Of a stretch of 35,219 nucleotides of DNA, positions 6,835-16,358 are shown piece by piece (positions within the stretch are counted from its first letter, which is position 1; each line of letters begins with the position of its first letter). A program made the position numbers and the translations under genes. Under the pieces are notes generated by a model. That model searched no databases. It was not told the DNA's origin and saw only the letters and a program-made list of their open reading frames with translations. This stretch comes from a virus (taxonomy: Duplodnaviria; Heunggongvirae; Uroviricota; Caudoviricetes): IMG/VR virus record IMGVR_UViG_2548876867_000017, positions 1 to 35,219 of that record, one strand, 5' to 3'.

Positions 6835-9800
6835 TTAAGAAACAGAAATACCAGTCGCGGCTTTCTTAGTTACCATTACCGTTAGATCGCTGATATATGC
6901 ACTTGGGTTATAGTTGTTAACGCCCTTACAGTAAACTTCAAAAGTCATTGTTACTGCCCCGTGTCCGGCTGGCATGTCAATAACTCCACTGTACATACAG
7001 CCAGAAGTTGCAGTGCGATCATATAGAACACCACCATTTTTCTTAACGATTAGTCGGCAAGTATCCCAATGATCGCTACTTTCGCCACGACGAACAGACC
7101 CGTTATGATGAATCGCTGGAATCACTATTTGGCGATCGAATGGATGATCATCTTCGACCCTTACAGTGATTGCACCATCAGGCCAGTTTGGTTGGCGATG
7201 CGGGAAACTCCTACCAACCACTTTCACGAAGTCACCACGCACCTGATTAGCATCAAGCATACCCAAAATGCGGCAACTTGAATTAATCGTTACGTTGTTC
7301 ATTTCGCCGGAATCAGCCACCAAATGACCACGAATATTAGCGTGTCTAAAATGGCAAGTGCCATCTTTGCCAATATACCATCCATCGTTACCATTCCAGT
7401 TATAAGACTGGATATAGTTACCAATTTTAGCATTATCGATAGAGCCATCAATAATATGACCTGTTCCGATCTGTGCGTGCTGGATGTGAGCACCGTTAAT
7501 CTGGGCTGTGCCGATCTTAGCCGTAGTGATACTAGCATCACTAATCTGGGCGGTTCCGATCGCTGCATTACGAATCATTGCATTATCGAGATAAACCTTG
7601 TTATCTTCGATACCAAACGGACAAACTTCTGATCCGTCTTGTGGAGCCACCGCGATTTTATCAGCCGTAAAGATGATTCTCGTCGGTTGTGCTGGATCGT
7701 TGGTTGCGCTCATATGAATACCAGCCACGCGACCATCTGCATTAACTGCCAGATTATATTTGCTGTTAATGGTTCCCTTCAAAGCATCGATTTTTACATC
7801 TGCTTCCTGATTCACACCAGCAATCTTGCCATCCATTTCTACCCGAACTTGATCAATCTTACTTGCGCTTGCTGCCTCACTGGTAGCAATTGCTTGTTTC
7901 AGGGTAGTAGCGGATGCGCTAACTTCTTTGGTGATATCGCCTTTCAGTTCAGCTTTAACCTGATCAATCTTAGTTGCGCTGGCTTGCTCACTGGTAGCAA
8001 TCAGACTCTTGAGAGTATCGGCTGAGGCTTGGACCGTCTGCCCTGTCTCGGTAGTAATCTGTTTATGCATTGCATCAATCTTAGCATCGGCATTAGCGCC
8101 AGCTTGAGCAATAGCATCCGCGATGGTTTCATCTAAGCGATCTTGTAAACCGATCAGGTCTTCCAGTGCTTCTTTGTCCTGATCGTCCCAACTAATGGTA
8201 GATTTCATTTGCATGAAATACGGTTCGGACCAAACAGCATCATCCATACCGAAAATATCGTAGTGAGCACCACGGATATAATAATCACCGTCAGCAATAT
8301 CAAAGGAAGTATGGCTAACACTATTCGTGCTTACTGCCCTTGCATCTGAGAAAGTGTTATCGGTTGCATACTGGATGATTGACCCTGCATAGTCATGTTC
8401 TACGTCATCCGCCCAGCTAACAAACGCAGTATTAAAGCCACCACGCGCACTAAAACCTTTCATTGGCTTATGCTGTGGGTTAATAGCCACTAAACGCGCT
8501 GGGGCGCTTACAGAGTTGTTATAACCCTTAGCGGATACTTCTACCGTCAATTCACGGGAAAGGCCGTTAAACTGGTTCATATCGAGCGTATAGGTCCATG
8601 ATTCAGGATCGCGGGTACGGTACTGAATAGACTTACCAGCCTTGTTAGTTACCTTGATAATGTAGGCTTCAAACAGGTCACTAAACTTGTTAGCTTCATC
8701 GTTGATCATCACATCTAATTGTTGCTGATTGTCCCATTCAATAATCAGATCGTTGCCTTCGAAAGTACCAGGTGAACTACCCTGATTTTTGATTCGAATA
8801 ACCGGAGTCGGCAATTCATAGGTAACAGTAGGATTCTGGTTAACCAGTTCCACCCATTCGGAACGAGCAATAATACCGAAAGCACAAACGCGGTAATCGT
8901 AGGAGCGATCTTTTGCCAGTGCATTGATATTGAAAATTTGCTGTGAAGTCTGTCCCAGCTTAATCCAGTTAGGTGATCCACTCACACGATAATCAATCTG
9001 GAAACCGTAGCGGTTGAAATCTTCCGGTGCATCCCATGTCAAAGTTACGTTTTTACCGTGGATTGTCTCACCAGTTGCCTTAATTCTGAAATTAGTCGGT
9101 TTCTGTACTGTCATTGAATCCGGTAAACCAGTAGGTCTATTGTCTGGAGTCGCCGCATAGTTCAGGTCAGTATAAACCTGAGAATTATATTCTGTGGCGG
9201 TGATCGTCATCATCCCAGCAATACCAGAATCAATAGAACGATCAATTGCAGTAATACGCCAAAGTGAATTATTCAGTTTTAATTCATCATAGGTTACGCT
9301 AATAACATCCCAAACTTCGGCAGTGAATGCGTCAGTAGTCATAAAGCTGATAACCTGAGTGATACGAGATTTATTTCGTTCAATACTCGCGAGTTTATCA
9401 ATCTGGGCTTTAGACTTAACAAAACGATATTCAATATCTTTAGCGATAATTCGACCATCTTGACGAATAGTAGCATCGTTTTCAGCATCAGCCGGATAAC
9501 GTAGCATTTGCTCTGAATAGTCGATTGATGGTTCTTGATACATCGCGTTAATGGTATTGAAATAACCGTTAGTGCCACCTGTTTTCAGTGATACCTTACC
9601 CATCATGATATTGTCTTCATTGAAGGTATGCTTAACAATATCAGGAGCATCCAGTTTCAGAGTAATACGTCCAAAGGATTCGAACATTACCCCGCCGAAA
9701 GTCTGCATAAGACTGGTCAAGTTCTCTTTAAAGCTGGCGTTCGGATCACATGCACCGTTTGAATGTAGGTCCATCTGTCGTACTTGTTTACGTACTTTCA

Positions 9801-10581
9801 GGAATGAATCAACGTTAATGTTTTCAATTGGTACGGATAAGCCATATTTTTCATTTGTTAGGTAGTGGAAAATCTGATCCACGCCGTTAGTGCTAGCCTC
9901 AATAGCATTGGTTTCGAGGTTACGGATTTTTAAGCCCATAACATCTACTGCCACTTGGCTATTTGGCTGGAGAATATCAACACCAGCAGCCAAAGATTTA
10001 TCGTCACGACGTAACACAATACACATGGTTGCAATGCCGTTACCCTGATACCGATCATCCCAATCAGCGCCCAAATGATGTTTAGCTAAATCCAATGCGG
10101 TGTTAGGATTTTTACCAGTGCGAAACTCGACTTCTAAAACTTTGCGATACTCGTCTTTAATGTTTCCTTTATCGAGAATGCCATCACGAATTGTCATATT
10201 CTGGCTAATGAGAACGTTTTTATTATCGATGTGCAGTGCTTTAAAGTGATCGATCTCACCTTCGGCAATAGCAAAAATTTGTACCAGTTTGTTATTTTCA
10301 CGCTGTGAAATTGCTTTGTAAACGCAGATTGCACCCGTGCGGGTAGTACCGAAAAGAACGGGTAATACTGTCTTAGGATCGTTTGATGTTCCTAGTGTCA
10401 CCGCATTATCTGGGCTTTGTACTTTCGGTGTTTTTGGTGCGCCTACAGTGGAAGCGATCAAGGTCATTGCACCAGCAGCCATACCGATAGCGACTGCGGT
10501 CATAACAGAAAATGTTGCGGCTGCCGCCATCCCCGCCGAAGCACCAGCGATCACCGCGCCTACCAATACTTCAAATCCCAT
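6835..10581 (-). CDS. central tail fiber / host specificity protein (lambda gpJ-like) with gpI-like N-terminal segment
   Basis: 1248 aa; C-terminus (DDHPFDRQIVIPAI, VIDMPAGHGAVTMTFEV, ends ATGISVS) matches the lambda J receptor-binding domain as I recall it; N-terminal Gly/Ala hydrophobic stretch plus LPVLFG resembles gpI C-terminus; TAATG overlap with upstream gene. Confidence 0.8.
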   Translation of the reverse strand: MGFEVLVGAVIAGASAGMAAAATFSVMTAVAIGMAAGAMTLIASTVGAPKTPKVQSPDNAVTLGTSNDPKTVLPVLFGTTRTGAICVYKAISQRENNKLVQIFAIAEGEIDHFKALHIDNKNVLISQNMTIRDGILDKGNIKDEYRKVLEVEFRTGKNPNTALDLAKHHLGADWDDRYQGNGIATMCIVLRRDDKSLAAGVDILQPNSQVAVDVMGLKIRNLETNAIEASTNGVDQIFHYLTNEKYGLSVPIENINVDSFLKVRKQVRQMDLHSNGACDPNASFKENLTSLMQTFGGVMFESFGRITLKLDAPDIVKHTFNEDNIMMGKVSLKTGGTNGYFNTINAMYQEPSIDYSEQMLRYPADAENDATIRQDGRIIAKDIEYRFVKSKAQIDKLASIERNKSRITQVISFMTTDAFTAEVWDVISVTYDELKLNNSLWRITAIDRSIDSGIAGMMTITATEYNSQVYTDLNYAATPDNRPTGLPDSMTVQKPTNFRIKATGETIHGKNVTLTWDAPEDFNRYGFQIDYRVSGSPNWIKLGQTSQQIFNINALAKDRSYDYRVCAFGIIARSEWVELVNQNPTVTYELPTPVIRIKNQGSSPGTFEGNDLIIEWDNQQQLDVMINDEANKFSDLFEAYIIKVTNKAGKSIQYRTRDPESWTYTLDMNQFNGLSRELTVEVSAKGYNNSVSAPARLVAINPQHKPMKGFSARGGFNTAFVSWADDVEHDYAGSIIQYATDNTFSDARAVSTNSVSHTSFDIADGDYYIRGAHYDIFGMDDAVWSEPYFMQMKSTISWDDQDKEALEDLIGLQDRLDETIADAIAQAGANADAKIDAMHKQITTETGQTVQASADTLKSLIATSEQASATKIDQVKAELKGDITKEVSASATTLKQAIATSEAASASKIDQVRVEMDGKIAGVNQEADVKIDALKGTINSKYNLAVNADGRVAGIHMSATNDPAQPTRIIFTADKIAVAPQDGSEVCPFGIEDNKVYLDNAMIRNAAIGTAQISDASITTAKIGTAQINGAHIQHAQIGTGHIIDGSIDNAKIGNYIQSYNWNGNDGWYIGKDGTCHFRHANIRGHLVADSGEMNNVTINSSCRILGMLDANQVRGDFVKVVGRSFPHRQPNWPDGAITVRVEDDHPFDRQIVIPAIHHNGSVRRGESSDHWDTCRLIVKKNGGVLYDRTATSGCMYSGVIDMPAGHGAVTMTFEVYCKGVNNYNPSAYISDLTVMVTKKAATGISVS

Positions 10582-11000
10582 TATTCACCCCCGAATCTAT
10601 AAACTTGTTCATAGTCAATGTCTGAAACAGGAATGGTCATCCAGATACCATCTTCTTCAACGAGGCCATAACCGGAATAATGAGGAACTACGGAATAATA
10701 TTTGCGGTTTCCTAATTTGTGGGCTGTGACCAGTAAGTCGCCGTCCTGTAAATCATCAGTGACTAATTTGAAATGTTTCTTAATTGGTTGAAGGATATTT
10801 GAATACCCGCTTAATTCTTTGCAGATTTTCAAGCCTTCTTCTTTAGTTGAATATTTTTTATAAAGAGAATTATATAGGTCAGTACCAGCGAGAATATCGA
10901 TGATCTTACATGCAATTAGATTGCAATCATTCTCGCCTTGAACGAACTCCTGACCTATTAAAGAATTGATGTAATCGGTGATAAGCCTAGTTTTTAGCAT
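10581..11000 (-). CDS. tail assembly protein, NlpC/P60-like (gpK-like)
   Basis: Start moved to ATG 11000 with RBS GGAGGT; Cys motif GENDCNLIACKI and downstream His resemble an NlpC/P60 fold; position just upstream of the J-like gene. Confidence 0.45.
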   Translation of the reverse strand: MLKTRLITDYINSLIGQEFVQGENDCNLIACKIIDILAGTDLYNSLYKKYSTKEEGLKICKELSGYSNILQPIKKHFKLVTDDLQDGDLLVTAHKLGNRKYYSVVPHYSGYGLVEEDGIWMTIPVSDIDYEQVYRFGGE

Positions 11001-11046
11001 GTTGAATACCTCCATGCTGTTATTTACTAGGCTTAGGGAGAAGGGA

Positions 11047-11817
11047 TTATTTCTTGAAGTCTTCGTACATTCTACGAAGGTTGTATTTTGGATGGCCTAA
11101 GCTAACCATGATTTGGCTCAATTTAACTGCGCCAGGTTTGCCGTTTTCAATCCACACACGACGGATTTCATCGTAATGCTGCCAACAGCCTTGACCTTTA
11201 GCAATGCGTATAGAATGTGTATATTTCTTGGTAGAGCTTTCTGGTCGCTTACGCCCTAGATGTGCTTTTCTAATCTTTTCGCGTGTTTCTTCTGATACAG
11301 GTTTACCATAACGGGGGTTATTTTCTCCACGAGAAGCAGCGGATAATTTAGCTAATATTTCTGGGTTGGTTATTTTCTTCCCTTTCATTGCACTAGGTTT
11401 ACCATAGCGATGGTTCTTTTCACCCATTCGAGATGCCGACATTTTAGCTCTAGATTCCGGTGTATGTTTTCTTCCGTAAAAAGGATGATTTTCACCACCA
11501 TCAAAACCACCGACACCACCAGGAGCAATATTAAGACATACACCACGCCCCCATTTTTCGCGTGCTGCCTCCACTAACAGAATTTCACATTCAAACGCTT
11601 CCTCGGCAGTATCAAACAATTTTGAGCGAACAACTTCAAATTCATATATCGGGGTTTCTGATTCTTTATTTTTACGCTTCATCATTTTAATAACTTTACC
11701 CGACCCCACATATCCATCATCTAGATTTGTAGTTGTTCTTTTTCCGACGTAATGATAGATTTTACCAGAGCGATTAGATTTAATAGTGGTGTGATAAACG
11801 TAATGGAATTTTTGCAT
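11047..11817 (-). CDS. GIY-YIG homing endonuclease with NUMOD3-type repeats
   Basis: N-terminal YVYH..GKIYHYVGK GIY-YIG-like motif; repeated NHPFYGRKHTPESRAKMS and NPRYGKPVSEETREKIRKAH modules typical of Seg/I-TevI-type endonucleases. Confidence 0.75.
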   Translation of the reverse strand: MQKFHYVYHTTIKSNRSGKIYHYVGKRTTTNLDDGYVGSGKVIKMMKRKNKESETPIYEFEVVRSKLFDTAEEAFECEILLVEAAREKWGRGVCLNIAPGGVGGFDGGENHPFYGRKHTPESRAKMSASRMGEKNHRYGKPSAMKGKKITNPEILAKLSAASRGENNPRYGKPVSEETREKIRKAHLGRKRPESSTKKYTHSIRIAKGQGCWQHYDEIRRVWIENGKPGAVKLSQIMVSLGHPKYNLRRMYEDFKK

Positions 11818-11891
11818 ATAGGAAAGCCCTCAAAAATAAAGAATCTCTCCTATATTTATTGAGGGCTTTAGTGTGCCATTTAGTTTCAGTA

Positions 11892-12545
11892 TTACTTTTT
11901 AGACGAGTGCCAGCGGCTTTCGCTATTCCACTTCCCGGCACGAGAGAAGAATAGATCGTTCTCGTTTCCGGCATAAGATCGGTGGATACCATCGGAGGCA
12001 TGACTACGAGCGTTTTTATCTAGAACTTCCCAGATACTATTAAGCTGAAATTCTGATTCGTTTTTACACTCATCATCTTCATGTTCGATGTTAATCCCGA
12101 TGGAATCGACTACCCCACGGAAAACAGGGTAAGTGGTTTCAACCTTGCCCGTGTTAGGGTTCAGGAACACCATTTCGATTTTCACATCTGATTTATCGAA
12201 TTGCTTATTACGAATCAGGGTAATGTATTCTTCGCGAACGTTAGAAACGGTTACGTTAATCCCGTTGTTGTTGATCTCCTTCTCTTCGGTATTCGATGAG
12301 ATTTGAAGAAAATCACCCGTTGCAAGATACGTAAATCCGTTATAGTCCAAATCGAAATACCCATCTGTAAGCCGTAGAACGTCCCCTGACGCGGTTACTA
12401 CTTCGATAATGTGAAACATCGATCCAGTGGAGAAAAGCTGCGGTAGAGTCAATCTAGACACATTCTGACCTGTCTGGTCGTTGTATACCTCGATGAAGTC
12501 CAGATTAGTGCATAGTTTGCTGAATGATTCCTGAATAGTTGCCAT
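11892..12545 (-). CDS. minor tail protein
   Basis: 217 aa; start overlaps upstream stop (TAATG); located between tape measure and tip genes. Confidence 0.5.
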   Translation of the reverse strand: MATIQESFSKLCTNLDFIEVYNDQTGQNVSRLTLPQLFSTGSMFHIIEVVTASGDVLRLTDGYFDLDYNGFTYLATGDFLQISSNTEEKEINNNGINVTVSNVREEYITLIRNKQFDKSDVKIEMVFLNPNTGKVETTYPVFRGVVDSIGINIEHEDDECKNESEFQLNSIWEVLDKNARSHASDGIHRSYAGNENDLFFSRAGKWNSESRWHSSKK

Positions 12546-13105
12546 TATACATTCTCCACTAATTCAAATTTCATCTTGCCGATCTGGGCGATCTTCCAAT
12601 CGATGTTTTCAGTTTTGAGAACAAATTCACCTTCTACGTTCTGATACTTGATCACCTCACCCGCCAGGACGTTCTGACGCAAGTTAGGGAAGAGTTTCAT
12701 TTCGCCACCTGATTTCACGTCTTCGGTGATCGTGTAGATTTTCTTGTGGTTCTCAAACTGGATGATAGTTCCCGCTTTCAGTGTTCCGGTGAAGTTGGAG
12801 AGTCTTACCTTACGCCCACCGCGAGCAGTACCAGCAGCAGCCGTTACCATCTGGCGTACATCACCTGTATATTTTGAAAAGTAAGACAGTGGCACATTGA
12901 AAGGACGACCAAAAAGGTGACGTGCTACAAATTCTTTTACTTCGTTAATATCCTGAGCCATGAAATTAGCTGTAAATTCTGCTTCATAAAAATGGATGCC
13001 AGTAAAGCGACGCTGGAACTTACCGGAGATAGATTGCGCCTTGAAGAAAGGCTGTTTTGATTTAAGAGTAAAATCTGTGATTTTAATATTTTTGGATTTG
13101 AACAT
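12545..13105 (-). CDS. minor tail protein (distal tail / gpM-like position)
   Basis: 186 aa immediately downstream of tape measure gene; RBS GGGGG embedded in upstream hairpin. Confidence 0.5.
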   Translation of the reverse strand: MFKSKNIKITDFTLKSKQPFFKAQSISGKFQRRFTGIHFYEAEFTANFMAQDINEVKEFVARHLFGRPFNVPLSYFSKYTGDVRQMVTAAAGTARGGRKVRLSNFTGTLKAGTIIQFENHKKIYTITEDVKSGGEMKLFPNLRQNVLAGEVIKYQNVEGEFVLKTENIDWKIAQIGKMKFELVENV

Positions 13106-13110
13106 AGAAA

Positions 13111-13150
13111 AGCCCCCATAGTTTTATGATTATTTATCACTATGGGGGCT
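13111..13150 (-). promoter_or_regulatory. GC-rich hairpin sequestering the RBS of the downstream tail gene
   Basis: 10 bp stem AGCCCCCATA / TATGGGGGCT with about 20 nt loop between tape measure stop (13156) and next start (13105); the 3-prime arm contains the GGGGG Shine-Dalgarno. Confidence 0.45.
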
Positions 13151-13155
13151 TTTAA

Positions 13156-15585
13156 TTACATCTTACGACGCTGAACGTCTTCTATCGCCTGAGCAACAAA
13201 CTTAGCGTGACGTTTGATAGCATCCATGACCATCTTGTCTGAGCTATTAACGTTGCCGTTAATGTTCAAAGGCGCATTAACTTCAATCGGCTGAGAGTTA
13301 CCACCGCCTGATTTTTGAGCCGCAAGGAAGTCTTTCAAATCACCGTTAGTACGCTGATCAACTACTCGTTCACCCTTATCAAGCAACCATGTACCCTCAC
13401 GAGGGATATTATCGATACCATCATGAGCCATACCGCTAACGTTAGTAGACTTGATGTTTGCGATGTTCCCCATGTTCTGAGAAACAGCCAATGCAGCAGC
13501 AGCGATTTTTTGACCTGTGGTTACGTTGGTCGGATCGTTCCATGCATCGGTAGCAGCCGTCCACATGTTCACCGTCGCTTGTCCGATAGAGAATGCTTTA
13601 TGAGCATTGAAAGCCATCTGCATAGCTTTAGTGTTTTCCTGCCCGAAGAGAGTCATTGCAGCAGCAAAACCGCCGTACATATCATCAGCTATTGACTGGC
13701 GAGCATCAGCATATTTCTTCTCAATTGCAGCCATTCGTTTTTGATGGTTTTCATTGAGTTTTTCTAATTCTTCCATCCGTTTAGCCGGATCGGTGATCCC
13801 ATCAATCTTGAGTTTATCGGTCTTATAATCTTGTTCCGCTTCCGATTTCTCTTTATCGATTGCATTAAATTTAGCAAACGGATTATTTGAGTCTTGATAA
13901 TCATAACCACTAGTTAATTGATTGGTTTTATAACCATCCATTCCCTGTAAAGAATTTTCAATCTGAGAATAGTTTTGCTCGGTATCGTTCACACGACGCA
14001 TATATTCTTCGTAGGAGATAGCTTTACCATCAAGTAACCGTTTATGGCTTTCTAGCTCGTTGTCCCTGATTTGTTGCAATTGTGTTAAAGCATTCAGAGC
14101 ATCAATCGGATCAGCACCCAACATCATTTTATAAACGTTTTCAGTATTCTGATCGATTAGCGCCTGGCGTTTCGCGGCTGCGTCTTCCTGAGAGATTAAG
14201 CCCAGAGCTAACGCGTCGTTCACATCTTTTAAGCTGTTTTGCAACTGGCTATTTTGAGAAGTGATAGACGCTGCAACTTGCCCTTGCAATTTAACATCAA
14301 GTGCATTCAGTCGCTTGATTGCATCCTCGCGTGCTTTCTGTGCTTTTTCTGCGGCTTCCTTAGCCTTTTTAGCTGCCTCTTCCGCTTTCTTTTTGGCTTC
14401 TTCCTCGGCTTTCTTCTCGTTGCCAGACTTACCCAATGAAGCTGGTCGAGTTGGTGTAGTCGGGATAGTCAAATCACGGTTAGGATCTGCCTTGCGGGTT
14501 AGATGTTCCCCGTTATCGACAACAATCAGAGAGCCATTTTTCTTATAAGAATCACCAAAACGTTTCTTAAATCCTTCAACATCAAAGCCAGCAGTACGAG
14601 GATCAACACCAGCACCACGGATCGCGGCCTTTTCCCAATCTGCCAGATTATTCCAACGCTTTTCTTTATTGTACTTGTCAATAATCTTTTGAGCGTCTTT
14701 ATGGTTGGCGTTAAGAATACCGCCAGTTGCGGTCTTGCCTTCTTTATTCAGTCGGTCTAATGCCCTGAATAGAGAACTCTTTTCCCAATCAATATTAAAC
14801 CATTCAAATAACCAGTTTAAGCTATCAACCAAAGGACCAGTAATGGTCATGCCGACACCTTTCAGGTTATTTTCCAGCTTATTGATATTTTGAGAAAATT
14901 TATCATATTTTTTAGCGTTTTCTTCGGTGACGTTAACAGATTGATTCTGAATAGCGATCATCGCCTCTTGAGCACTATTATATTTCTCAAGCTGGCTGGT
15001 CATATGGCTTGAATCACTGGCTAAAGATTCCATCATGAACTTGATTTCAGCCATTGATTTTCCGGCTTTCTTCATGTCATAGAACACTTGGATCGCCGCT
15101 TTCATACCACCTTGCGGATCGGTCATGAAGTGAGCATAGTTTTCTAACTTAAGGCCAACCGATTCTAAATCATCGGCAATACCACCACCGTTAGCCCATG
15201 CATCACCCATCTTGTCTAAGGTGTCTTTGTTGATATCACCAAATTTTTCAACTGTTAAGCCAGTGCCAGAAAATTCCTTTTCCAGTCTTTGAAGGGATTC
15301 AATCGATAGTCCGGTCGCCTTAGATACTTCTGAATACTGTTTAACGTATTCCGCGCCAGCTTTAGCGGCTGCAAAAACTGCGGTCGCAACTAAGCCGATA
15401 CCACCAGCAGCCAAACCAGCAGAGCCAGCGATCCCACGAAGAGATCCAGTCAAACCAGACAAACCACCGCCAAAATCGATATTACTTGCCTTTTCAGACA
15501 AACTATCTAGAAGGTTAGCGGCTTCATTGGTACTTCTCCTTAGACCTTTATTATCCCCTTCTATTGTTACTATATGTTTTGTCAT
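13156..15585 (-). CDS. tail tape measure protein
   Basis: 809 aa, long alpha-helical/coiled-coil regions, Lys/Glu/Ala-rich segment, Gly-rich N-terminal segment; follows G/T chaperone pair; RBS AAGGGG. Confidence 0.85.
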   Translation of the reverse strand: MTKHIVTIEGDNKGLRRSTNEAANLLDSLSEKASNIDFGGGLSGLTGSLRGIAGSAGLAAGGIGLVATAVFAAAKAGAEYVKQYSEVSKATGLSIESLQRLEKEFSGTGLTVEKFGDINKDTLDKMGDAWANGGGIADDLESVGLKLENYAHFMTDPQGGMKAAIQVFYDMKKAGKSMAEIKFMMESLASDSSHMTSQLEKYNSAQEAMIAIQNQSVNVTEENAKKYDKFSQNINKLENNLKGVGMTITGPLVDSLNWLFEWFNIDWEKSSLFRALDRLNKEGKTATGGILNANHKDAQKIIDKYNKEKRWNNLADWEKAAIRGAGVDPRTAGFDVEGFKKRFGDSYKKNGSLIVVDNGEHLTRKADPNRDLTIPTTPTRPASLGKSGNEKKAEEEAKKKAEEAAKKAKEAAEKAQKAREDAIKRLNALDVKLQGQVAASITSQNSQLQNSLKDVNDALALGLISQEDAAAKRQALIDQNTENVYKMMLGADPIDALNALTQLQQIRDNELESHKRLLDGKAISYEEYMRRVNDTEQNYSQIENSLQGMDGYKTNQLTSGYDYQDSNNPFAKFNAIDKEKSEAEQDYKTDKLKIDGITDPAKRMEELEKLNENHQKRMAAIEKKYADARQSIADDMYGGFAAAMTLFGQENTKAMQMAFNAHKAFSIGQATVNMWTAATDAWNDPTNVTTGQKIAAAALAVSQNMGNIANIKSTNVSGMAHDGIDNIPREGTWLLDKGERVVDQRTNGDLKDFLAAQKSGGGNSQPIEVNAPLNINGNVNSSDKMVMDAIKRHAKFVAQAIEDVQRRKM

Positions 15586-15596
15586 AAATTACCCCT

Positions 15597-15938
15597 TTAA
15601 CCGCTTCTGAGTTTCTCAAGCAAAGATGGATCAAACATGTTCAGCATTGCCGCTTTACGTTCTTCTTCTTTCTTGCGTGCAATTTCTTCCAGTTCTTCTT
15701 TAGTTTTAAAGAGTTTTTCTTCTCTAATTAATTGGAATTGGCTAGGCTTGAGTTTGCGTGCAGTTTCGCGTGTCATTCCTTGCGACGTCATATACATGGA
15801 ATATTGCAACATCGCATTCTGCATATCATGAAACGCGGGGCTTTGTGGTTCTAAGTAGGTGTCGAAAATGTATAACTTCCAAAACAGAGTGATTGGCATA
15901 TTATCCATTTCATCTTTACTAAGCCCCGATCTCATCAT
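15597..15938 (-). CDS. tail assembly chaperone T segment (probably expressed as G-T fusion by -1 frameshift)
   Basis: In -1 frame relative to upstream chaperone ORF; frame is open from 15983; no convincing RBS before its own ATG. Confidence 0.55.
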   Translation of the reverse strand: MMRSGLSKDEMDNMPITLFWKLYIFDTYLEPQSPAFHDMQNAMLQYSMYMTSQGMTRETARKLKPSQFQLIREEKLFKTKEELEEIARKKEEERKAAMLNMFDPSLLEKLRSG

Positions 15939-15967
15939 TTGCCGGAAATAGAAATTCAGAAGCGGGT

Positions 15968-16276
15968 TTACTTTACCTCGTTTTCAATTACCGCCGCATC
16001 TTGCATCAATGACGCTTGAGCAACCAAACCGATTAATTCACTTCGGACGTTAGTATACAGTGCCTTAACTTGTTCAATAGATTCAAATACTGGCTTACCA
16101 TCTTCATCTTCAATACAACGAAGAATCGAACGTTCATCACGGTCTTCTTTATCGGTATTGAAAACATGTTCATTAAATTCTTTTACTGACATAGGGCGAG
16201 CATAGAACGTAAATCCACCGATGGTTACAGATTCGCGTTTCGGAGAGAGTGCGGCTAACATTTCATTAATATTCAT
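15968..16276 (-). CDS. tail assembly chaperone (gpG-like)
   Basis: 102 aa acidic protein between tail tube and tape measure genes; RBS AAGAGGAAA. Confidence 0.65.
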   Translation of the reverse strand: MNINEMLAALSPKRESVTIGGFTFYARPMSVKEFNEHVFNTDKEDRDERSILRCIEDEDGKPVFESIEQVKALYTNVRSELIGLVAQASLMQDAAVIENEVK

Positions 16277-16330
16277 TCTTGTTTCCTCTTAAGTTAATTA
16301 GATATGTTTATTTAGAATTGGAAACAAAAA

Positions 16331-16350
16331 AGCCACCCCGAAGGATGGCT
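16331..16350 (-). terminator. intrinsic terminator after tail tube gene
   Basis: Hairpin with UUCG loop on the minus-strand transcript followed by a run of six U, 8 nt after the 16359 stop. Confidence 0.6.
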
Positions 16351-16358
16351 AGAGAATA

